Position numbers and translations under genes: made by a program
Shown: one piece after another, positions 57,675-64,000 of the stretch
Layout: every line of letters begins with the position of its first letter
Numbering within the stretch: position 1 is the first letter of the stretch
Notes under the pieces: generated by a model
Told to the model about the DNA's origin: nothing
The model's database searches: none
What the model saw: the letters and a program-made list of their open reading frames with translations, nothing else
Assembly: GCA_963693055.1 (NCBI GenBank)
Contig: OY843751.1
Coordinates: forward strand, 4,128,001 to 4,192,000
Length of the DNA stretch: 64,000 nucleotides
Direction of reading: 5' to 3'
Source: a bacterium
GTDB taxonomy: Bacteria > Zhuqueibacterota > Zhuqueibacteria > Residuimicrobiales > Krinioviventaceae

Positions 57675-58607
57675 ATGAACAAGTACTTGAAATATGTTTT
57701 CATACTCTCTTTAATTTTCACTTACCCGAGCTGTCAAAAACAAAAAACCTTAAATCCAGAGCCTTCTCCAATCACTATTTCACTTGCCAGACCCAACTTT
57801 ATTACAGTTTTAAACAATAATCATCCTGGCAACAGGATCGGTTACCGGCTCCACGAACACGAACCCATAACATATGGACAAATCCCCTCAACGTTACAGG
57901 AAGCCAATATAGACACCCTGCAAATCAATACCATTCTGGGAAAATTGAAAAATGACACAACCTGCTTTATCTATAAACTGCAAGTTGAAAAAGACGAACA
58001 TTGGACAAAACAAACCTGGACTTATTATCTAAAACCAGTCAATGATGGTATAGAATTATACTGGCTAATACAAACCTATGACAAAGGATTGCCCGAATAT
58101 CATGGCGTGCAGCAATGTTTTCGATTAGGTGGTCCTTCAAACAAAGAATGGAGAAGAGAAATCGCAAATACACCAGCCTTTAGTGAATATGAACTATGGA
58201 AAACCGACTCTACCAGATCTCTCTCTTTTGTAATCAGACATGATCAATGTCAACAATTACCAGCATCGTCTCACACCGTTGGAGCAAGAACACCACTGGG
58301 TATCCGCATAGATAACCTGCGGACAAACAATAATCCCATGAAATACGTTGGTCCCTATAAAGCAGAAATGCTTGCCCCAATAGACAATGGATTAATCTTT
58401 CGCAGCGATACCACCAATACATGGGTATGTGGAATCTATTGGCAAAACACATCACACGTAACCAATCATCATCCGGCAGATTGTTTACATACAATCGTCA
58501 ATATCGGAAACATTCCCCCCATTTCTAAAAGACTATTGAAAGGTAAAATATTTTGGTACAAAGGAGATAGATCAACACTGGCCAATATTTCGGATAATTT
58601 GCATTAA
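57675..58607 (+). CDS. Hypothetical lipoprotein
   Basis: Long ORF with GAGG RBS and a signal peptide ending in Cys; no family recognised. Confidence 0.55.
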   Translation: MNKYLKYVFILSLIFTYPSCQKQKTLNPEPSPITISLARPNFITVLNNNHPGNRIGYRLHEHEPITYGQIPSTLQEANIDTLQINTILGKLKNDTTCFIYKLQVEKDEHWTKQTWTYYLKPVNDGIELYWLIQTYDKGLPEYHGVQQCFRLGGPSNKEWRREIANTPAFSEYELWKTDSTRSLSFVIRHDQCQQLPASSHTVGARTPLGIRIDNLRTNNNPMKYVGPYKAEMLAPIDNGLIFRSDTTNTWVCGIYWQNTSHVTNHHPADCLHTIVNIGNIPPISKRLLKGKIFWYKGDRSTLANISDNLH

Positions 58608-58736
58608 TCGGATTGAATTATGCTTGAAAAAAACATGCTATTCCAAGTTTAAAAGTTTTTTCTTTGCTTTTGTTCAATAAAAACAGTATACTAGAACACA
58701 TTTGTAAATATAGTAAGCAGGGCCAATTCAAGAAAG

Positions 58737-60299
58737 ATGGACAGAAAATACCCGTATATCACTATTCTCATACTTGCCTGTTTTCTCTCTTGCAGTAACA
58801 GCTCAGTAGATCCATGGAAAAGAGCACCTGAAATCCTTAAAGACATCAAAGCACCTGATTTTCCCAATATAGAATTCAACATAATAGATTATGGTGCAAG
58901 AGGAAATCAGAATTACGACTGCACAGAATCCATAAAACAGGCAATAAGTGCATGCCATAAAGCCGGAGGGGGCAAAATCATAATTCCTGCCGGTATTTAT
59001 ATGACAGGCCCCATTCATTTAATGAGCAATGTAAATCTGCATCTTGAAGAAAATGCAGTCTTGAAATTTTATTTTGATCCCGAAAAATATCTTCCTTTGG
59101 TCTTCAGCCGCTGGGAAGGTGTAGAATTGATGAATTATTCACCCCTCGTTTATGCATATGGTCAGGAAAATATTGCCATAACAGGAAAAGGAACCTTGGA
59201 TGGACAGGCAGGTAAAGGGAGATGGTGGGATTGGAGAAAAAATCCTACATGGGGTTGGCAGGAAGGTAAAGTTTCTCAGAGTGAAAACAGGAACATCCTG
59301 TTTGAAATGGCAGAAAATAAAGTTCCGGTCAAAGAGCGTGTATTCCCGGATGGTTCATTACTCTCACCACCATTCGTTCAACTGTACAATTGTAAAAGCA
59401 TACTGATAGATGGAATCACAATAATAAATTCTCCCATGTGGCACTTGCATACAGTGCTATCACAAGATATTACAATCCAAAACCTCAATATCAGCAGTTT
59501 TGGTCCCAATAGTGACGGATGTATTGTGGAATCCTGTAAAGATGTAATAATACAAAACTGCAAAATCAGAACTCAAAACGATTGCATTTCATTAAAATCT
59601 GGTCGTAACGAAGATGGGCGAAGAATCAATATACCAACAGAAAATGTCATTATAGACAACTGTAACCTGCAAAGCGGCATTGGTGCATTTACTATCGGCA
59701 GCGAAACGTCTGGCGGCATACAAAATGCTTTTATTAAAAATTGTCAAATGACCAGCCCCTATATGGGATTTGGAATCCGGTTAAAAAGCAATTCATTAAG
59801 AGGCGGCTTAGTCCGTAATGTCCATTTTAAAAACATAGAAATCAGCCAAGTTTCAAACGCTGTCATATCTCTGAGTATGTATTATAATGAAGGCGATGCA
59901 GGCAGTCACAACCCAACAATAGAAAATTTTACGTTTGAAAATATTAAAAGTTATAAAAGTAGTTACGGATTAATATTGATGGGATACACAGATTCAGAGA
60001 TATCCAATATACAATTCAAAAACTGTACTTTTCAGAATGTTGAGAATGGCAATTGTATTATTAATGTGAAAAATATATCCGCTATCAATACAACTACGAG
60101 TGGCGAAAAACTGCCAAACATTAAAGAATTGAAAATGCCAAAACAAGTTAGAAATACTTTGAATAAAGAATTGGGGAACGGTATCGTTGAGCGGTTAATG
60201 GTTCATACATATAGTACCGGAGTTCGGTATGAATTCAGGATTCTTGTAAATGGGTTACGCAGATATGTTTTTATTAATCAGGACGGAAGGTTATTATAA
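58737..60299 (+). CDS. Glycoside hydrolase family 28 (polygalacturonase-like) lipoprotein
   Basis: SRWEG, PNSDG, NDCISLKSG, IGSE and IRLKS. The usual GDD and HG motifs are divergent (QNDC, GIG). Confidence 0.85.
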   Translation: MDRKYPYITILILACFLSCSNSSVDPWKRAPEILKDIKAPDFPNIEFNIIDYGARGNQNYDCTESIKQAISACHKAGGGKIIIPAGIYMTGPIHLMSNVNLHLEENAVLKFYFDPEKYLPLVFSRWEGVELMNYSPLVYAYGQENIAITGKGTLDGQAGKGRWWDWRKNPTWGWQEGKVSQSENRNILFEMAENKVPVKERVFPDGSLLSPPFVQLYNCKSILIDGITIINSPMWHLHTVLSQDITIQNLNISSFGPNSDGCIVESCKDVIIQNCKIRTQNDCISLKSGRNEDGRRINIPTENVIIDNCNLQSGIGAFTIGSETSGGIQNAFIKNCQMTSPYMGFGIRLKSNSLRGGLVRNVHFKNIEISQVSNAVISLSMYYNEGDAGSHNPTIENFTFENIKSYKSSYGLILMGYTDSEISNIQFKNCTFQNVENGNCIINVKNISAINTTTSGEKLPNIKELKMPKQVRNTLNKELGNGIVERLMVHTYSTGVRYEFRILVNGLRRYVFINQDGRLL

Positions 60300-60341
60300 T
60301 CCGGTTCAATTCCCCATCCAACAATTCATTCAGGGGTATTC

Positions 60342-61884
60342 ATGAAGCGCAGACAATTTATAAAATCCATTTCTGTTGTCAGCATTACAAGGTTTTCCGG
60401 AATTAATTGTGCAAAACCATCAAAATCAAGCTTTCCCAATATTGTTCTCATATATGCAGATGACCTGGGTTATGGAGATCTGAGTTGCTACGGGGCATCT
60501 CGTGTCAATACACCCAACATTGACAGCCTGGCTAAAAACGGAAAAGTTCACACAAGCTTATGCCACTGCCGCCACTTGCACACCTTCACATTATTCCCTG
60601 ATAACCGGCCAGTATACATGGCGGAAAAAAGGGACGGGTATTGCGCCAGGAGACGCTTCTCTCCTTATACCAACAAACATCACTACATTTCCCTCAATGC
60701 TTGGCAATGCAGGCTACACATGTGGAGTCGTTGGTAAATGGCATTTGGGATTAGGTGACAAAAAACCAAACTGGAATACTGAAATTAAACCGGGACCACT
60801 TGAAATCGGTTTTAATTATTCCTTTTTAATTCCCGCAACAGGAGATCGTGTTCCCTGCGTATATGTTGAAAACCATCATATAGTGGGACTCGATCCATCA
60901 GATCCCATAACAATCAGTTTTAAAGAAAATGTAGGCAACTCTCCCACTGGCATTTCTCATCCGGAAATGTTAAAATTCAGGGGCGATCCCCAACACAGCA
61001 ACACAATCGTAAACGGTGTTAGCAGAATTGGTTACATGACTGGTGGAGAATCTGCACACTGGGTAGATGAAGACATGGCAGATGTAATCAGCAGCAAAGC
61101 CATTAATTTTATTGAACAGAATAAAAGTTACCCCTTTTTTCTCTACTTTTCCCTGCACGATATTCACGTACCGCGGGTTCCCAATCCCCGTTTTGTTGGA
61201 AAAACAGAAATGGGCCCACGCGGTGATGCCATTGTTCAGGCAGATTGGTGTGTGGGAGAAATTCTAAAATCCCTCAACAAACTGGGTTTGACAGAAAATA
61301 CAATCGTTATATTCAGCTCTGACAATGGTCCGGTGCTGAATGATGGATACGATGACCACGCAGAGGAACTCAAGGGCAGCCACAAAGTTGCAGGTCCATT
61401 GCGCGGTGGTAAATATAGCAGTTTTGAAGGCGGTACCCGCATCCCGCTTTTGCTTCAATGGCCCCCAAAAGTAAAACCGGCAATCAGCAATGCTCTGATC
61501 AGTCAGATTGATTTCCTTGCCTCTTTTGCAGCATTAACAAAACAAACACTCTCTGACAAAGATGCACCTGACAGCATAGACAATCTTGCCGCACTGATTG
61601 GAAAAGACCCGATAGGACGCAGCCATATTGTAGAACAATCTGCCGAGAACTTTATCAACCTGCGCAAAGGGAAATGGAAGTTTATAGAACCGGGAAAAGG
61701 TCCCAAACTCAATGTTATCAAAAATATAGAAACCGGCAGAGACCCGAATCCACAATTATATGATCTTTCTACAGACATTGGGGAACAGATAAACGTTGCA
61801 GAAAAATACCCACAAAAGCTTAAAGAAATGCAAACCCTGCTGCAAAAAATACGTGAAACCGGAGACAGGTCTTTACGTAGTTAA
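60342..61884 (+). pseudogene. Arylsulfatase-family sulfatase, frameshifted
   Basis: Tat-like MKRRQF and [15 protein letters not shown] lie in one frame; CTPSH..VGKWHLG..SDNG lie in another, with the shift near 60540. The CxPxR motif reads CTPSH. Confidence 0.8.
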
Positions 61885-61945
61885 TATTGCAAACAGCGAT
61901 AACTATCTTTTCGCATCAATCAATCATTGACTACAAGGGGCAATA

Positions 61946-62548
61946 ATGAAACGCACCGAGCTTTATCACCCACGGGTATTCGACTCTCTCTGGGCGGAAA
62001 AATATTACAATAATAATTTTAAAAATATTCAACGCGCAGGCAAAGATATTGTAAAAATCCTCAAACAGTATGGATTTAAAAACGGTAAAATTCTTGACGC
62101 GGGTTGCGGTTTTGGAGCCATAGATATAGAAATAGCAAAAGCATTTCCTGAAGCAGAAATTATAGCAGTCGATCTTTCCGAACCACTGCTCGAAATTGCA
62201 AAACGGGATGCCGAAAAAAACAAAGTATCAGACAGGATCACCTTTCAACCGGGCGACGTGCATAACCTGAGTTTTGACACTGCCTCTTTTGATTTGGTAA
62301 TCAATACCTTCTTGCTGCATATTGTTGAACATCCCATTGATATGCTGAACGAGTTGGATCGTGTTACAAAGCCAAACGGTCATATAATCGTTCTTGATCT
62401 CTGCAGAAACTGGCTTGCATGGATCATCAAAGAACTGCGTAAATCTTTGACACTGAACGAAGCCAGTGAAATCATCAAAAAATCAAATATACGCAAGGGA
62501 AAAACGTCACGGGGTGCCTATTGGTGGGCCTGGGAATCAGATAACTGA
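61946..62548 (+). CDS. Class I SAM-dependent methyltransferase
   Basis: ILDAGCGFG, VDLS, GDVHNL and FDLV..RVTKPNG. Confidence 0.9.
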   Translation: MKRTELYHPRVFDSLWAEKYYNNNFKNIQRAGKDIVKILKQYGFKNGKILDAGCGFGAIDIEIAKAFPEAEIIAVDLSEPLLEIAKRDAEKNKVSDRITFQPGDVHNLSFDTASFDLVINTFLLHIVEHPIDMLNELDRVTKPNGHIIVLDLCRNWLAWIIKELRKSLTLNEASEIIKKSNIRKGKTSRGAYWWAWESDN

Positions 62549-62598
62549 AATCACTGAAATCCTAGTCAAGAATACCAATCATAATGAGGAATTGAATC

Positions 62599-62796
62599 AT
62601 GTTATCATTTAAACGTGAATGAATAGCAACACAATGTGGACCGGGTTTGAGATTTGTTTGCATAGCTATGGCTATCCCTGTTCTACCGGATATTGCTATT
62701 GCCTTCGGAACAATAATCATGGGCACCATTTACGGCTTTTTAACTGAACTTATTACATCTGTACTATTCAAAGCCAAATCACCTGCAAGCGCCTGA
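62599..62796 (+). pseudogene. Remnant of a small membrane protein gene
   Basis: GAGGA RBS and ATG followed by an early stop; the downstream frame reads ..IAFGTIIMGTIYGFLTELITSVLFKAKSPASA*, then a hairpin at about 62808-62839. Confidence 0.4.
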
Positions 62797-62972
62797 TTCA
62801 AAATTTTGGGAGACCAGATCACAACCTGCTCCCCTTTTTAAAAAATCCGAACAACGCATTTTCAAACCCGCACATTTATTGACCTAAAAAACCGCTTGCG
62901 CTTTGATACAACAAACACTACCTTTCACCTTGCCTTAAAAATTTTCTAAAAAACATAAAAAATGGAGACCTC

Positions 62973-64000
62973 ATGAAAAAACTCTTGCTACTGATTATAC
63001 TCCTTCCGATGTTTATTTTTGCGCAACACAATATCACCATTGACGGAGATTTTAGCGACTGGCAGGATGTGCCTGTATCTGTTACGGATCCTGCTGATGA
63101 TGTTCATCATACAGACGGCTATCCGGCAGGTACTGCTCCCGGTTACCGTGCATATAGCGATGTTGATATATTAAAAGTTAAATTCACCAACGATGCTGAA
63201 AACCTGTTTGGTTACATGAGCGCAACCGGTATTATCGGAAACACATCATCCGATACCCTGGGCCACTCGAAAAAAGGCCGTTATTATTTCATCTTTACAA
63301 TCGATGTGGATGAGAATGAAGATACCGGTTACCGCCTTAATGAAGGTGGATATTATCCGGATAGTGACGGATACGATGTGAATATGGAAGTAGAATTCTA
63401 CAACGGTGGATTCAACACCGGCCATTATATCAATCACGAATTTCTGTCTGATAATGCAGTTGAAACCCAGGGCATGCAGGATCTTAAAGATGGCATTATT
63501 CGTCTTGCTCCTGGTGTATACGACTATTATTCCCAGTGGGTTACCTTTGAAGACTCGTCTTATGTTGTGGTTGCTGACAAGGGTCCCGTTTACCAGGGAA
63601 TCATCACCATTGCGGTATCAGAAGACGGCCATGAAGCAGAAATGAAAGCACCCATGTGGGGATTCCTGAAAACCCCGGAAGGTACACCTATTATCGATTT
63701 GGGATATACCCTCAAAGTCTCTGCATCACTTGAAGGCAGTGGCGAGTTGTCTGAAGAATCCATTAATAACGGCTATACTCCCGGCAGCCACTCGGAATGG
63801 GGTTCAGATACGGCAGAACCGTTCCTCTATACAGTTATGGATCCCGCAACATCCATTGCAGATAATTCTAAAAATACAGTACCGCAATCAACAGTATTGC
63901 ATCCCAACTATCCCAATCCATTCAATCCGGAAACTATTATAGAATACGAATTGACAGAAAATGGATTTACAAGCATTGTGGTTTATAATATACTCGGTAA
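62973..64000 (+). CDS. Secreted protein with C-terminal sorting domain (runs off the right edge)
   Basis: Not in the ORF track. GGAG RBS; MKKLLLLIILLPMFIFAQHNITIDGDFSDW...HPNYPNPFNPETIIEY. Confidence 0.8.
   Translation, partial: MKKLLLLIILLPMFIFAQHNITIDGDFSDWQDVPVSVTDPADDVHHTDGYPAGTAPGYRAYSDVDILKVKFTNDAENLFGYMSATGIIGNTSSDTLGHSKKGRYYFIFTIDVDENEDTGYRLNEGGYYPDSDGYDVNMEVEFYNGGFNTGHYINHEFLSDNAVETQGMQDLKDGIIRLAPGVYDYYSQWVTFEDSSYVVVADKGPVYQGIITIAVSEDGHEAEMKAPMWGFLKTPEGTPIIDLGYTLKVSASLEGSGELSEESINNGYTPGSHSEWGSDTAEPFLYTVMDPATSIADNSKNTVPQSTVLHPNYPNPFNPETIIEYELTENGFTSIVVYNILG

Noticed and set aside
22-63942. Many short ORFs in the track antisense to or overlapping long genes (e.g. 13690..14121, 16868..17398, 34648..35175, 37047..37745)
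   Set aside because: Shadow ORFs of well-supported genes, with no recognisable motifs.
1-64000. tRNA or rRNA genes
   Set aside because: No recognisable cloverleaf or rRNA sequence was seen in the intergenic regions.

Overview
Bacterial chromosomal window, AT-rich overall. It probably comes from an FCB-group lineage such as KSB1, Calditrichota or Marinimicrobia: four secreted proteins end in NYPNPFNP-type sorting domains and genes use Shine-Dalgarno sites. This assignment is inference. The standout feature is an apparently intact, single-strand operon of phage virion genes at 6960-18249. It encodes portal, prohead protease, decoration protein, major capsid, neck proteins, tail terminator, tail tube, two paralogous Dit-like proteins, a 999-aa hub/LVIVD-propeller tip protein and holin-like genes. 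It has no recognisable terminase, tape measure, endolysin, integrase, repressor or replication genes, so it is a candidate domesticated GTA-like or otherwise novel particle system. An AbiE type IV toxin-antitoxin pair and a REP-like doublet sit where the terminase would normally be. The rest of the window is host accessory DNA: a decaying HlyD/VTC/DUF4956 operon hit by an IS4-family element with a 10-bp target duplication, an AcrR-regulated RND efflux operon, two cold-shock genes, an ECF sigma/anti-sigma/29-aa-repeat module, CAZymes (GH31, GH28), ggt and a broken sulfatase. All family calls come from recognising motifs by eye; no database search was run.
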